Positions 43,703-55,501 of a stretch of DNA of 64,000 bases are shown one piece after another. A program made the position numbers and the translations under genes. Source of the DNA: Candidatus Bathyarchaeota archaeon (GTDB lineage: Archaea; Thermoproteota; Bathyarchaeia; Bathyarchaeales; Bathycorpusculaceae); contig CAWDYC010000004.1 of NCBI GenBank assembly GCA_963806535.1, positions 416,001 through 480,000 of the forward strand, in the 5' to 3' direction. A model generated the notes under the pieces. It was not told the origin of the DNA. It was given only the letters and a program-made list of their open reading frames with translations, and ran no database searches. Numbering within the stretch: position 1 is the first letter of the stretch; every line of letters begins with the position of its first letter.

Positions 43703-44531
43703 CTATGTGTTCCAATGATTGGCTAGTGCTGCTAATGCTTTTTCAAACAGGTAGTCTTCTGGCATGACATCAACTTTTACACCCATTTCTTTTAGGGCTT
43801 CAGCTGTTGTGGGACCAATAGCCACAGTCGTAACCTTCCCGTTTATTATGCTTCGAAGTTTATCCATCGGCGCCTTCTCGGTAAGCATTTGGAAAATGTT
43901 TTTTGCGCTCAAGCCGCTTCCAAAAACAATTGCATCGATTTTTCCCGAGGTTAAATCTTGAAAGAACCTGTCTTTCAATTCTGCATCAACTGGCAGTCCT
44001 GATTCGTAAACATAAATTTCCTCAACATCCGCACCCATTTCCTTGAGCTTATCACTCAAAATGGGCGTTGCATTGCTGGTACGCGGAATCCGAATTTTTT
44101 TGCCTGAAAGCTCTCTGTCTTTTAAGCACTCGATTAATCCTTCAGAACTGTATTTCGTTGGGACTAAACTTACCTTAACATGGTATTCTTCTTCCAACGC
44201 TTGAGCTGTCCGTGGACCAACAGCTATAACAAACGTTTTAGACAATCCTTTCTTGAGTGAAGCTGGTTTGTTTTAGGGTTTCAGCGGCGCCAAAAAGATG
44301 TTTGACGCCGTTGGTGCTCATCAAAATAACATAGTCAACTTGCTCTTTTTGCAGTTCTGTGATGAATTTTTTGATTGGCTCGAGATTGCTTAGTCCTTTG
44401 ATTTCGATGGCGGGAATGTAATATGGGATCCCGCCTTTTTCCTTGATAAGTTTGCCTGCTTCTTCTGCTTGACCGGCAGGACGCGTTATGGCGACTGTTT
44501 TGCCTTTTAGGCTAGGGGTTTTTTGAACCAT
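43703..44531 (-). CDS. hemD: Uroporphyrinogen-III synthase (frameshift ~44250)
   Basis: VAITRP..QA, STNGV, AVGPRTA.AL, AIGPTTAEAL. Confidence 0.9.
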
Positions 44532-45262
44532 GCGAGTTTCCTGCCTAAATTTGCTACTTCACCGATAACGATGACCGCTGGCGGTTTGATTTGTTTTTCT
44601 TCTGCCATTTTAGCTATTGTGCCGATCTTGCCAATGATGGTTCTTTGCTGTTGCATTGTGCCCGATTCAATAATAGCTGCAGGCGTTTGGGGGCTTAATC
44701 CACCGTTTATCAGCTTTTCTGTTATGGCGTGAAGAGATTCTACACCCATCAAAATAACCATCGTGTCTACTGCATCGGCTATTTTTGCCCAGTTAATCGG
44801 TTTTTCTGCGTCGCCGGCTCTGTGCCCAGTTATGATAGCCACCGAAGCCGCATAATCCCTGTGAGTCAAAGGTATGCCAGCATACATTGGCGCTGCAACT
44901 GAGGAACTAATTCCGGGCACAACTTCAAACTCGATGCCTTTTTCTACCAGGGCTTCGGCTTCTTCGCCGCCTCTGCCGAAAACAAATGGGTCGCCGCCCT
45001 TAAGCCTAACCACATTGCCGCCTGTCTGGGCTTTCTCAATTATCAACTCAGTAATCTTGTCCTGTGGAACCTCATGTATGCCCGTTCGCTTCCCCACATA
45101 AATCTTCTCAGCTTTTTCTGGGACTAAGTCTATAATTGATTCACCGACTAATCTGTCGTAAATTACAATGTCCGCTTGTTTCAGCAGTTCGACCGCTCTT
45201 ACTGTGAGCAGTTTGGGGTCGCCGGGTCCAGCGCCTACCAGGTAGACTTTACCATGTGCCAT
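44507..45262 (-). CDS. cobA: Uroporphyrinogen-III C-methyltransferase
   Basis: VYLVGAGPGDP, YDRLV, RLKGGDPFVFGRGGEE, AGIPLTHR. Confidence 0.95.
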   Translation of the reverse strand: MAHGKVYLVGAGPGDPKLLTVRAVELLKQADIVIYDRLVGESIIDLVPEKAEKIYVGKRTGIHEVPQDKITELIIEKAQTGGNVVRLKGGDPFVFGRGGEEAEALVEKGIEFEVVPGISSSVAAPMYAGIPLTHRDYAASVAIITGHRAGDAEKPINWAKIADAVDTMVILMGVESLHAITEKLINGGLSPQTPAAIIESGTMQQQRTIIGKIGTIAKMAEEKQIKPPAVIVIGEVANLGRKLAWFKKPLA

Positions 45263-46185
45263 ATTTTTGTCTCCATTCTTTTTCAAGGTCTTTGGCTCCA
45301 TGTTTGATGAGGTCTTGACCCACTATTTCGCCAAGTTTGTAAGCGTCGGCTAATGTTCCTTGGGCTGAAGCACTGATTTTTTTTCGTTCATTAAGTGAGA
45401 AAATGCATCCGAACAACGAGAGATTGTTGTCAACCACATGTCCGACGGCTCCAATTGGTACTCGGCAGCCGCCTTCCAATTCAAGCACCAAACTCCGTTC
45501 AGCGTTTATCTCAGCCCGAGTTGCGTTGTCTTCAACTGACCTCAAAAGCGAAATTACGTCTTTCGTTTCCTTCTTTGGCAACAATTGCTATAGCTCCCTG
45601 TCCCGCTGCTGAAGGAAACTCGTCGAGAGATAAGCGCTCAGTGATTTCTTTTTCTAAATTCATTCTCTCAAGCCCCGCTTCCGCGATGACGACTCCTGCA
45701 AACTCGCCTCTTCTAACTTTGTTCAATCGCGTGTCCACGTTGCCGCGGATAGGTTGAACGTCCAAGTCTGGGCGTATAAATTTGATTTCTGCCATTCTTC
45801 TGAGGCTGCCTGTACCAACAACTGAGCCTCCGGGTAAAGCGTTAAGGGTCACTTTGCTTTTTGAGATAAAAACGTCATGTTGCGAATCCCGTTTTGGAAT
45901 TGCAGCTAAAACCGTGCCACCTGTCTGTTCAACAATGGGCACATCTTTTAAACTGTGAACGGCAAAGTCGATTTCGCCATTAACGACTTGCTGATCAATT
46001 TCTTTTTCAAAAATGCCTTTGCAATCAATAGAAAACAGTGGTTTGCCATGTTCTTTGTCGCCTACGGTTTTGATGATGTTTAGTTTAAAATCAAGTTCGG
46101 GATGTGCCTGCTTGATTTGTTTGAGGACTCGGTTTGTTTGTGCAAGTGCGAGTACGCTTCCTCTGGTGCCAACGGCTAGTTTCAT
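45249..46185 (-). CDS. hemC: Hydroxymethylbilane synthase (frameshift ~45570)
   Basis: GTRGS.LA, AVHSLKD, IRGNVDTRL, GQGAIA, LEGGCRVPIG. Confidence 0.95.
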
Positions 46186-47480
46186 TTGGTTTGTTTCTCC
46201 CTTGCTTTGTTTAGTGCTTTGTCAAAAGCGTTTATTGTATGCTTTATATCTTCGTCAGTGTGAGCGGTTGAAACAAAGCAGGTTTCGAATTGTGACGGAG
46301 GAATAAACACGCCTTGCTTGAGCAATTCATTGAAGTAAGCGGCAAACATTTTGGTGTCAGAATGCTTGGCGCATGCGTAGTCTCTGACTTCTTCGTTTGT
46401 AAAGAATATCTGGTACATGGAAGCGATGTTGTAGACTTGTGCTTGCAAATCGTAGGTTTGGACAATATCCACTAAGGCTTTTGTTAATTCAGCACAGTTT
46501 TTCTCAAGCTTCGGGTAAATCTCTGCTTTCTTTTGGTTAAGCAGCTTAAGGATTGTGTAGCCTGCGGTCGCTGAAATTGGGTTGCCGCTAAAAGTGCCTG
46601 CTTGATAGACTTTACCGACTGGCGAAATGTTCTCCATAATCTCGCGTTTGCCGCCAAACGCCGCCAAAGGAAAGCCGCCACCCAAGACTTTGCCAAGCGT
46701 CGCCATGTCAGGCTTCACACCATAGTATTCCTGTGCGCCGCCCAATGCCAAACGGAAACCCGTGATTATCTCATCAAAAATTAGTACGGTGCCATATTGG
46801 CTTGTTACTTTTCTGAGGTAGCTAAGGTAATCTTCTGTTGGCAAAATTAGCCCAACATTTGCTAAAACTGGCTCAACAATAACCGCGGCTACTTCGTTGC
46901 CTTGCTGCTTCATAACTGCCTCTAAGGCTTCAACGCTGTTGTAGGGCACCACAATGGTGTTCTGGGTTGTTTCCTCAGGGATTCCAAGCGAGTTTGGTGT
47001 GCCAAAAGTTGCAGCTCCCGAGCCTGCCTTTACCAAAACGCTGTCGTGTGATCCGTGGAAGCAGCCTTCGAACTTGATGATTTTTTTTCTTCCCGTGTAG
47101 CCTCGTGCCGCTCGAATAGCATGCATCGTGGCTTCAGTGCCTGAGTTTACGAGGCGAAGCATTTCCATGCAGGGTGACGCTTTGGATATTAGTTCGGCAA
47201 ATTCAACTTCCCGCTCTGTTGGGGCGCCGTAAAGTGAGCCTTTAGGTAACTGATTTTTCACTGCTTCCATTATGTCGGGTTGGACATGTCCCAAAAGTAA
47301 TGCACCGTAAGCCATGCAGTAGTCAACATATTCGGTGCCGTCTGCGCTGGTCATTTTGCTGCCTTTGGCATGGTCTACGAAGAATGGGTATGGTTCAAAG
47401 GCTCGGACTGGACTGTTTACGCCTCCAGGCAGAACTTTTTTGGCTCTTTCAAAAAGCGTCTTTGACTTGTTTCCGCTCAA
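46182..47480 (-). CDS. hemL: Glutamate-1-semialdehyde 2,1-aminomutase
   Basis: PGGVNSPVRAF, NSGTEATM, FDEIITGFR, LGKVLGGG, YQAGTFSGNP. Confidence 0.97.
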   Translation of the reverse strand: MSGNKSKTLFERAKKVLPGGVNSPVRAFEPYPFFVDHAKGSKMTSADGTEYVDYCMAYGALLLGHVQPDIMEAVKNQLPKGSLYGAPTEREVEFAELISKASPCMEMLRLVNSGTEATMHAIRAARGYTGRKKIIKFEGCFHGSHDSVLVKAGSGAATFGTPNSLGIPEETTQNTIVVPYNSVEALEAVMKQQGNEVAAVIVEPVLANVGLILPTEDYLSYLRKVTSQYGTVLIFDEIITGFRLALGGAQEYYGVKPDMATLGKVLGGGFPLAAFGGKREIMENISPVGKVYQAGTFSGNPISATAGYTILKLLNQKKAEIYPKLEKNCAELTKALVDIVQTYDLQAQVYNIASMYQIFFTNEEVRDYACAKHSDTKMFAAYFNELLKQGVFIPPSQFETCFVSTAHTDEDIKHTINAFDKALNKAREKQTK

Positions 47481-48457
47481 GGCTGATTCAACCACGATTT
47501 GGCATCTTTAGCAAAGTAGGTTATGATTAGGTCGGCGCCTGCACGTTTTATGCCTGTTAATATTTCGCGGATAACGGTTTTTTCGTCTATCCATCCGTTT
47601 TGGGCAGCTGCTTTAACCATGCTGTATTCGCCGCTGACGTTGTAGGCGACTATGGGTACGTTAAAGTTGGCTTTTGCAATGCCGATAATGTCTAGGTAAG
47701 CTAAAGCTGGTTTAACCATGATCATGTCGGCGCCTTCGTTGAGGTCTAATTCCATTTCTCGTATGGCTTCCTCTTGGCTGCCTTGGCTCATTTGGTAGCT
47801 TCTGCGGTTTCCAAATTTCGGCGTGGACTCCGCTGCTTCCCTGAATGGACCGTAAAAGCCCGACGCGTATTTTGCTGAGTAAGCCATAATTGGTATCTGC
47901 TCAAAACCAGCGTCGTCCAGTGCTTCTCGGATGGCGCCAACTTGCCCGTCCATCATTGCTGAAGGAGCAACAATATCCGCGCCTGCTTCTGCTTGGCTAA
48001 CTGCTACTTTGCCAAGTACATCCAGTGTTTGGTCGTTTAGGACTTCGCCGTCTTTGACGAAGCCACAGTGCCCATGACTCATATACTCGCATAGGCAGAC
48101 ATCGCCGATAACGACAAGTTCTTCTCCATAAGTTTTTTTCAACTCATCAATTGCCTTTTGAACAACCCCATTTTTGGCAAAAGCGCTTGTACCCAACTCA
48201 TCTTTTTTTGCTGGAATACCAAAGAGCAGAACACTTTTTACGCCTTGAGCCAATGCCTGTTTTCCTTCATCTGCAACTTGACTAATTGGCAGTCGACTGT
48301 AACCCGGCATTGATTCTATGGCAACGGGTTTTTTGATGGTTTCGTCAACGAAAATTGGGTAAATTAGGTTGCTTGGCTGCAGATTAATTTGGTTTAGTAT
48401 GTCCCGCATCGCTGCAGTTCTGCGTAGTCTTCTCATTCTAACGGTTGGAAAACTCAA
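47477..48457 (-). CDS. hemB: Porphobilinogen synthase
   Basis: RMRRLR, DVCLCEY..HGHCG, APSAMMDG, MVKPAL, AYNVSGEY. The ORF-track N-terminus belongs to the upstream gene. Confidence 0.96.
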   Translation of the reverse strand: MSFPTVRMRRLRRTAAMRDILNQINLQPSNLIYPIFVDETIKKPVAIESMPGYSRLPISQVADEGKQALAQGVKSVLLFGIPAKKDELGTSAFAKNGVVQKAIDELKKTYGEELVVIGDVCLCEYMSHGHCGFVKDGEVLNDQTLDVLGKVAVSQAEAGADIVAPSAMMDGQVGAIREALDDAGFEQIPIMAYSAKYASGFYGPFREAAESTPKFGNRRSYQMSQGSQEEAIREMELDLNEGADMIMVKPALAYLDIIGIAKANFNVPIVAYNVSGEYSMVKAAAQNGWIDEKTVIREILTGIKRAGADLIITYFAKDAKSWLNQP

Positions 48458-48458
48458 T

Positions 48459-49114
48459 TTATTTTGTCTCCTTTTCTTTATGAGTTTCATGGCTAATTCT
48501 TGAGCCTCAAGAAGCTTTCCTTCTTTTAAAACTTGTTTAATGTTATCGTTATTAAGTATCTCGTTTAACATTTTGCTTCTAAGCTTTTGAGTCAGACAAT
48601 TTGTTCTTTGAGAATACTGCGTAAGTGGCTTTGTAACTCAATCTCAAGCAGATCTTCAGGCTGAATCAGCTTCTCAATTCTTTCTCTAAGCGCCTTAGCC
48701 ATGGCAGGGCTTTTTCCCGAAGTGGAAACCGCAATCTTGACATCGCCGATATGTGCAACTGCTGGCAAAATAAAATCGCTCAACGCAGGATTATCAACGG
48801 AGTAAACCATGCATCCAACAGACTTTAGCCGCTTTAACCAGTTCAAAGTTAAGTTTTGAATTATCTGTAACAGCCAAAAACATGTCAGGCTTAGGATTTA
48901 GACTTTCAACAAAAGCTTTGGCATCTTTAATTTCAGTTTTTACCAAAGCAACTTTTTTTTCTTCAGCCAACTTTTGGATGCCGCTTGAAAAATCTTTGCT
49001 TATAACCCAGATTTTTGCGCCAGAATCTACAAAGTTCAGGGTTTTTCGGTAGCCCTCAGAGCCTCCGCCAACTACAATTATTGTTTTTCCGTCGAGTTTA
49101 AGGTCAATTAGCAC
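48459..49114 (-). CDS. sirC: Precorrin-2 dehydrogenase (SirC/CysG N-terminal type), frameshifted
   Basis: IVVGGGSEG.RK, VDNP..SDF.LPA, IAVSTSGKSPAMA. Confidence 0.88.
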
Positions 49115-50676
49115 TTTTCTTGTTTGCCACCTTCAGAAGCGTTGAGCCTATAATTGGTGACTAAAGTTTTGAATTTTTCCATAAACGCCTCATAATCAAC
49201 TTTTGTTAGTTTTGGGGCGTCGGCAATTTTTGTTAATGCTTCGATGTTTAGGTATTGTTCTGCTACTTGGATGGCTTGGGCTCCGAATTCTTCGTATTTT
49301 ATTTCGATTTCAGGTATCATGCCTCTTCCTTCCACTTCCATTCGCGGCACAATGCCTAGCAATTCGACGCCTGCATTTTCAAAAGCACTTTTAATTGTTT
49401 GTTTGATTTCGTCACTAAGATAGCTTATGCGCGCTTTGTTTAGGATTACTCCTGTTGTGTTTACTCCAAGATTTCGAGCAGATTAACGTAGTTTAGAGTG
49501 TTCACGACTGCGCCCTCTACGCCTTCTTTGTCACAGCCAACAACAAGAACTGTTGATGCGCCAAGTGCTGCTGCAACTTCAGCCGTCGAAGTTGGCCGCA
49601 CAACTTTATCATTTAAAAGTCCAGTGAAAGCGCTCATCGCTCCTTCAACAAGAATAAAATCGTAGTTTTTGCTAGCTTCACTTATTGCTTCGGCAAGTGG
49701 TTTCCAGCCGCTTTCGCCAATTTTAATTGACGAGTAAGGTTTAATCGGCTCTTTAATGAGGTAAAGTGCTGGTACAGCGTCTCGTATGTCTCCGCCAACT
49801 TTTATGATTCCAACTTTGAAGCCTCTTTTCTTTAATGCTGCCAGCAATGCCTGCAACAAGAAAGGTTTTTCCTGAACCGCTTCCTGTCGCCGTGACCAAT
49901 AGTAGGCGTGGCGTTTTTTGTTTGGCGGTGCCTTGCTGTTGGATGTTGGTTGCGATTCCGATTTCGCATTTTATTCGCTTCAAAAGTTTGGCGTTTGCGC
50001 TTCGAATGTCTTCGAGCTCAATTGCATTTATGTTAAGTGATTTTGTGATGCTGTTGATTATGGTTGGGTTCTGGTCAAGCAGTCCGTGAACGAAAATTCC
50101 GACGACGTTGCCTTCTTTGTTGGCTACTCCTGAAACCAAATCTTGCGGGTCCTTATGGTAATTGACGCGTTGCACGTGTGAAACAAGAATTGTTTTTGCA
50201 TCTTTATGCAGCAGGATTTGGCCGTAGGTGTGGCAGTGGAATCCTGAAACTTCTTTGCCAACTTCTTGCGTGATGAAACTCTTGTCAGTTACAGTGGCCA
50301 TTACACGGTCAGTGCAGATTAAGGGCTTGAACTCTGCATCCAGCAAGCCTAAGCCTTCGCGGGTTATGGGCACTGTTGAGAGGCGTCCAACATCGGTTTC
50401 TTTTGCAAGAATTTGGAAACCTGAGCAGATTCCCAGCACAAATTTGCCGCTATCAGCCATTTTCAATATTTCATGACTTACTTTTTTGTTAACGCTTTGT
50501 GATTCAACTAGGCTTCCGCCTGGAATGATTATCATGTCTAAAACTTCAGATGCTGGCTTGCCATCTACAAGGGCATCGGAGCAAACTAGGTCGGTTGGGA
50601 GGTTTCCGAAGTCTTCAAAGCATGGAAGAGCGCCTGGAAGGTACACCAAACCTATTCTGTGATGTAATTCTGTCAC
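49108..50676 (-). CDS. CobB/CobQ-like amidotransferase with N-terminal GATase and C-terminal P-loop domain; frameshifted
   Basis: IIPGGS, LGICSGFQ, GFHCH, GIFVHGL; then TATGSGSGKT, KVGGD, ILVEGA, GVILNK. Confidence 0.8.
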
Positions 50677-50738
50677 AAATTTTGCCCTTCGCGTATTTAC
50701 GGTAAAACTTATATTTAAGACGGTCGGTTTATCCAACC

Positions 50739-52026
50739 ATGCATTCCTCGGCGAAGACAGACCATACTATCAATGTTAGGATAACGCATAAAACAGCTCA
50801 TGTGCCATTAATGGAGGCTGTAGCGTTTAAAGAAAAAGAAAAAGCTCTTGCCGAGATCTGTTCTCTTGAAAACGTTGAAGAATGCTTAATTCTTCAGACA
50901 TGCAACCGCATAGAAATCTTTGTTGTATCCGAAGAAGTCGCTAACACAATTAGTTTACTTAAGGATTATTTTTCTAAAAGAGCCAATGAGCATGCTGAGG
51001 AAGCATACAAAGCTATTGAAACTTCAGTAGATAATGATGCTTTTAATCACCTTTTAAGGGTAACTTCAGGTTTAGAATCCATGGTTATAGGCGAAGACCA
51101 AGTTCTAAATCAAGTCTGGGACGCTTATTTGCTGGCGGATAACGCTAAAACAATCGGTCCAATCCTAAAGCACCTGTTTAACCGTTCAATGACTGTTGGC
51201 AGACGTGTAAGAAACGAAACAGGCATCAACAAAGGCGCTGTTTCGGTGGGTTCAGCAGCCGTTGAATTAGCCGTTAAAGTTGCTGGGCAACTTGGAAGAT
51301 AAGAAAATTCTGGTTATGGGCGCTGGAGAAATAGGAACTCTCGTTGCCAAAGCCTTATCACACCGCTGCCTTAGCCCTATTTTTATTGCAAACAGAACTT
51401 ATGAGAGGGCAGTAAAGTTAGCTGAAGATCTGAAAGGAAAAGCGGTAAAGTTTAATCAGTTTGAAGAAGTCCTCGTTGACGCTGACGTGGTAATTTGCTC
51501 AACTGCAGCACCTCACTACTTGTTAACCAAAGAAATACTTTCAAGATTAATGACGCAGCGAACAAACAAAAATGACCTTGTAATCATTGACATTTCAAAC
51601 CCACGAAATGTCGAAAAGGCAGTTCAAGAAGTCAAAGCAACAAAACTCTACAACATCGACGATTTACAATTAATTGCCGACAAGAACAAACAACAACGCG
51701 AAAAAAGCATTGAAAAAGCAGTCAAAATCCTCGACGAAGAACTTGTTGTTCTCAATCAGGACATGAAAAGCCTCTCAGTTCGCCTAATCATTTCATCATT
51801 GCTTTCTCAGGCTGAGCAAGTTCGGCAAAAAGAACTTGCAACCGCTCTAAACATGATTGGCAATGTTGATGATAAAGAGCGGAAGATTCTTGAAGATTTA
51901 ACCTCTATTTTGCTGAAACAAACTTTTGTGCCGATTGTTGAAAACTTGCGTGTAGCCGCGAAAAACGGTGACCAACAAATAATTGATTTTGCAGCGAAGT
52001 TGTTTGAGAAAACGGGGAAAAATTAA
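50739..52026 (+). CDS. hemA: Glutamyl-tRNA reductase (frameshift ~51280)
   Basis: LQTCNRIE, SGLESMVIGEDQV, GAGEIG, ANRT, DISNPRNV. Confidence 0.95.
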
Positions 52027-52027
52027 C

Positions 52028-53102
52028 GTGGCAAATTCAGAGTTGGATAAAGTTGGTTTAATTCTTATTGGGCATGGAAGCAAACTGCCTCATAACAGAG
52101 AAAACCTCGAAAAATTAGCCGACATTACTTCGCAGCCGCAATAAATTCAAGATTGTAGAAATCGCTTTTATGATTAGAGATACACCAACCATTGCCCAAG
52201 CGATAGATGCGATGTCACAGAAGGGCGTTTCAAAAATTGTTTTGGTTCCTGCTTTTCTAGCGCCTGGTGTTCATACGACGCAAGAGATTCCTGAGTTAAT
52301 CGGGGTTAAAGAAAAAGAGCCCCAGCTAAAGGCACATGGAATCGAATTAGTCTATGGGGAACCTTTAGGTAGCGATGAGCGCATAGCCGACATCCTTGAA
52401 GAAAAAGCCTTCAAAGCCCTGGGAAGAGAGCGCAAGAAGGATACTGAAGTTGTTGACGCTTACTCTGTTGCTGAAGCCGGAAAAATAGTGGATAAAAGCA
52501 TGAAGCTTATCCGAGAAGCAATTGGCCCTGAATTAGCCAAAGCGCCAAAAGATCAAGTTCCAGTAATCGAACGTGTAGTGCACACGACAGCTGACCCAGA
52601 ATTCGCCAAACTCCTCGTAATTAGTAAAGATGCAGTGCAAGCTGGCGTAGCCGCGATTAAGGCTGGCGCAAAAGTAGTCACTGACGTTAAGATGGTGAAA
52701 GCAGGCATTAATGATGCAAGACTCAAAAAATTCGGCAGCAAAGTAACCACATACATGAATGATGAGCGAACTATGGACTTGGCGAAGGCGGAGTCGTTAA
52801 CGCGTTCCGCAGCTGCCATGAGACTCGCAATAAAAGACGGCTTAGACGGCGCTATCGTACTGATTGGTAACGCTCCAACTGCAGCCTTTGAGTTGGCGGA
52901 CCAGATAAAGAAGGGAAAAGTTAAGCCAGCCTTGATTGTTGCGGTACCTGTGGGTTTTGTGGGTGCTGCTGAATCAAAAGAAGTAATCGCAAAACTGCCT
53001 ATACCATTCGTTATTACACGGGGACGCAAAGGCGGCAGCACGATTGCAGTAGCAGTTTTCAATTCATTGCTTTCCATGGCTGAAGGCAAAGCCTACGGTT
53101 AA
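52028..53102 (+). CDS. cbiC: Sirohydrochlorin cobaltochelatase CbiX fused to precorrin-8X methylmutase CbiC (frameshift ~52128)
   Basis: LIGHGS...[11 protein letters not shown]...EPLG.D, continuing in frame to [32 protein letters not shown]. Confidence 0.9.
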
Positions 53103-53116
53103 CCGAGGCAACTTGT

Positions 53117-54218
53117 ATGGCACGGTTTTTAAAGTATGGCATAACAACTGGCGCAACCGCAGCTGCAGCATCCAAAGCCGCAGTAATAGCCATGCTTGAC
53201 AAGCCCGTTGACCGAGTAGTCATCCCAACGCCAATTGGCTTGCGTTTTGAAGTTCCTGTGAAATCCAGCAGAAAACTTTCCGCTGACACCGGCAGAAGCC
53301 ATTGCTGTTAAAGATGCTGGACAAGACATTGACGTCACAGATAAAATGGAAATAATCGCAACCGTGAAACTAACGGATGATGGCAAAGTCACCATCAAAA
53401 GCGGAGTAGGAGTTGGCAAAGTGACAAAGCTTGGTTTGCAAGTGCCCATTGGAGAAGGAGCAATTAATCCTGTTCCAAGAAGCATGATAACTGAAGCTGT
53501 GAAAGAGGTTTTGCCCGCTGGTAAGGGTGTTGAAGTAACAATTACTGCTCCTGAAGGAGCAAACATCGCCAAAAAAACCATGAATGCAAAACTAGGTATT
53601 CAAGGCGGCGTATCGATTTTGGGCACAACAGGCGTGGTAAAGCCTTTGTCATTGGAAGCATGCCGCCGTTCATTGGTTCCCCAAATTGACGTTGCCTTAG
53701 CCCGAGGCTACAAACGAATATTATTTGTACCAGGAAACATCGGCGAACGAATTGCCAAGCAACAGTTCAATGTACCTGAAGATGCGATCGTTCAAACTGG
53801 CGACTTCGTCGGTTACATGCTTGATAAAGCAGTTGAAAAAGGCGTAAAAGAAATCATTCTTCTTGGGCACTCTGGAAAACTGGTTAAGTTGGCAGCTAAA
53901 ATCTTCAACACTCACCACAAAGTCGGAGATGCACGCAACGAAGTTATCGCCTCTTACGCTGGCGCCGTGGGAGCCGACACAAAAACCATAAACGAGCTGT
54001 TAGCAGCAAACACTACTGATGAAGCCACTGAAATTCTTCGCCAAGCCAACTTGTTAGAGGCAACTTATGAGCGGATTGCCCAACGTGTTAACCAGCAGGT
54101 AAGCGATAGAGTGGAAAACAAAATTAAGATAAGTGTTGTTATTGTTGCGATGGATGGCAAAGTTCTTGGCATGGATGAGAATGCGAGGTGCAATAAACCT
54201 TGGCTAAAATTAACATAG
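53117..54218 (+). CDS. cbiD: Cobalt-precorrin-5B C1-methyltransferase (frameshift ~53295)
   Basis: [47 protein letters not shown]. Confidence 0.95.
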
Positions 54219-54874
54219 TCGGCGTTGGACCAGGTTCACCAGATTACGTTACGCCAGCCGCCAGAAAGACAGTTCAAAAAGCCAAAGTGGTCATAGGAGC
54301 ACAAAGAAGCCTAAATCTTTTCACCCAAGACATCAAAGGCGAAAAAATTGTTTTAACCGCAAAAAACCTTAACGACTCCCTCAAATATGCGGTTGAATCA
54401 GCAGAGAGAGGCCAAGAAGTAGCCTTGCTGTCTACGGGTGATCCAGGCTTTTCAGGGCTTCTCCACACATTTTTGGAAAGCGGCTTGGCCAAAGACCTCG
54501 AAGTCAACGTTATTCCAGGGGTTAGCTCAATTCAAGCTTGCGCCGCCAAACTAAACCTAAGCTGGGATAACGCATTATTACTAACTTATCATGAAGGCGA
54601 AGTTACTGAAGAAGAAAAACAGGTGTTAGATTTAGCCGTTAATGGCGGTGAGGACATTATTATTCTTCCAGACCCGAAAGCTTTCTCGCCCAAAGACATC
54701 GCCAGCTACCTCCTTAACAATGGCGCAGAAAAAGATTTACCTGTTTTTGTATGCGAAAACATAACGTTGCCCGACGAAAAGATTACTTCAACCACTTTAG
54801 AAAAGGTTTCAAAGCTAACTTTTGGGTCTTTATGCGTAATGGTTATCAAAGCAAATAGCGAAGTAAAAGGTTAA
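54200..54874 (+). CDS. cbiE: Cobalt-precorrin-7 C5-methyltransferase
   Basis: [31 protein letters not shown]. Confidence 0.92.
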   Translation: MAKINIVGVGPGSPDYVTPAARKTVQKAKVVIGAQRSLNLFTQDIKGEKIVLTAKNLNDSLKYAVESAERGQEVALLSTGDPGFSGLLHTFLESGLAKDLEVNVIPGVSSIQACAAKLNLSWDNALLLTYHEGEVTEEEKQVLDLAVNGGEDIIILPDPKAFSPKDIASYLLNNGAEKDLPVFVCENITLPDEKITSTTLEKVSKLTFGSLCVMVIKANSEVKG

Positions 54875-54875
54875 G

Positions 54876-55490
54876 TTGACTATTATGACAAGAATTTGGT
54901 CTTATAAAACACCAGGTGTACCCGACGAACTTTTTAATCAAAGTGATGCGGTGCCTGGACCGACAAAAGAGGAAATTAGAGTTATCACTATTTCTAAAGC
55001 ACGTTTAAACGAAGGCTCAATAGTAATTGATGTTGGATGTGGCACAGGCGGCTTGACTGTTGAAGCAGCGCTTCAAGTTGGAGTAAAAGGCAAGGTTTAC
55101 GCCATTGACGAGGATGAAGCAGCAATCAAGTTGACAAAGAGTAACGTTGAGAAATTCGGCAACCAAGTGAACGTTTCTGTTACACGCGGTAAAGCGCCAG
55201 AAGCGTTACTGAGCGTTCCAATGGCTGATGCCTTCTTGATTGGTGGTGGCGGCGTGTCATTGAGAGCGATATTGCAAACTGCTTTTTTTAAGTTAAAGCC
55301 GAATGGAAGAGTAGTCATAAACGCTATACTTTTGGAAACCGCAACTGTAGCTATAGCTGAACTAAAAGCGCTGGGCTTCAAAGATATCGATGTAGCACTT
55401 ATTTCTGTTGCGAAGGGAAAACAAATAAACAGCGGAACAATGATGATGGCAAGAAACCCAATAACAATAGTCTCAGCGACAAAACCTTAG
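54876..55490 (+). CDS. cbiT: Cobalt-precorrin-6B C15-methyltransferase (decarboxylating)
   Basis: GVPDELF, TKEEIR, DVGCGTG, ARNPI. Confidence 0.93.
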   Translation: MTIMTRIWSYKTPGVPDELFNQSDAVPGPTKEEIRVITISKARLNEGSIVIDVGCGTGGLTVEAALQVGVKGKVYAIDEDEAAIKLTKSNVEKFGNQVNVSVTRGKAPEALLSVPMADAFLIGGGGVSLRAILQTAFFKLKPNGRVVINAILLETATVAIAELKALGFKDIDVALISVAKGKQINSGTMMMARNPITIVSATKP

Positions 55491-55501
55491 GTGAAAATTA
55501 T

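Noticed and set aside
47477-48571. HemB with N-terminal extension or SirC-HemB fusion
   Set aside because: The extension is the frameshifted C-terminus of sirC; a TAA at 48459-48461 and TTG at 48457 give normal genes.
50677-50738. Cobalamin riboswitch in cbi/hem leaders
   Set aside because: The intergenic regions (also 63090-63176) are too short and lack B12-box features.
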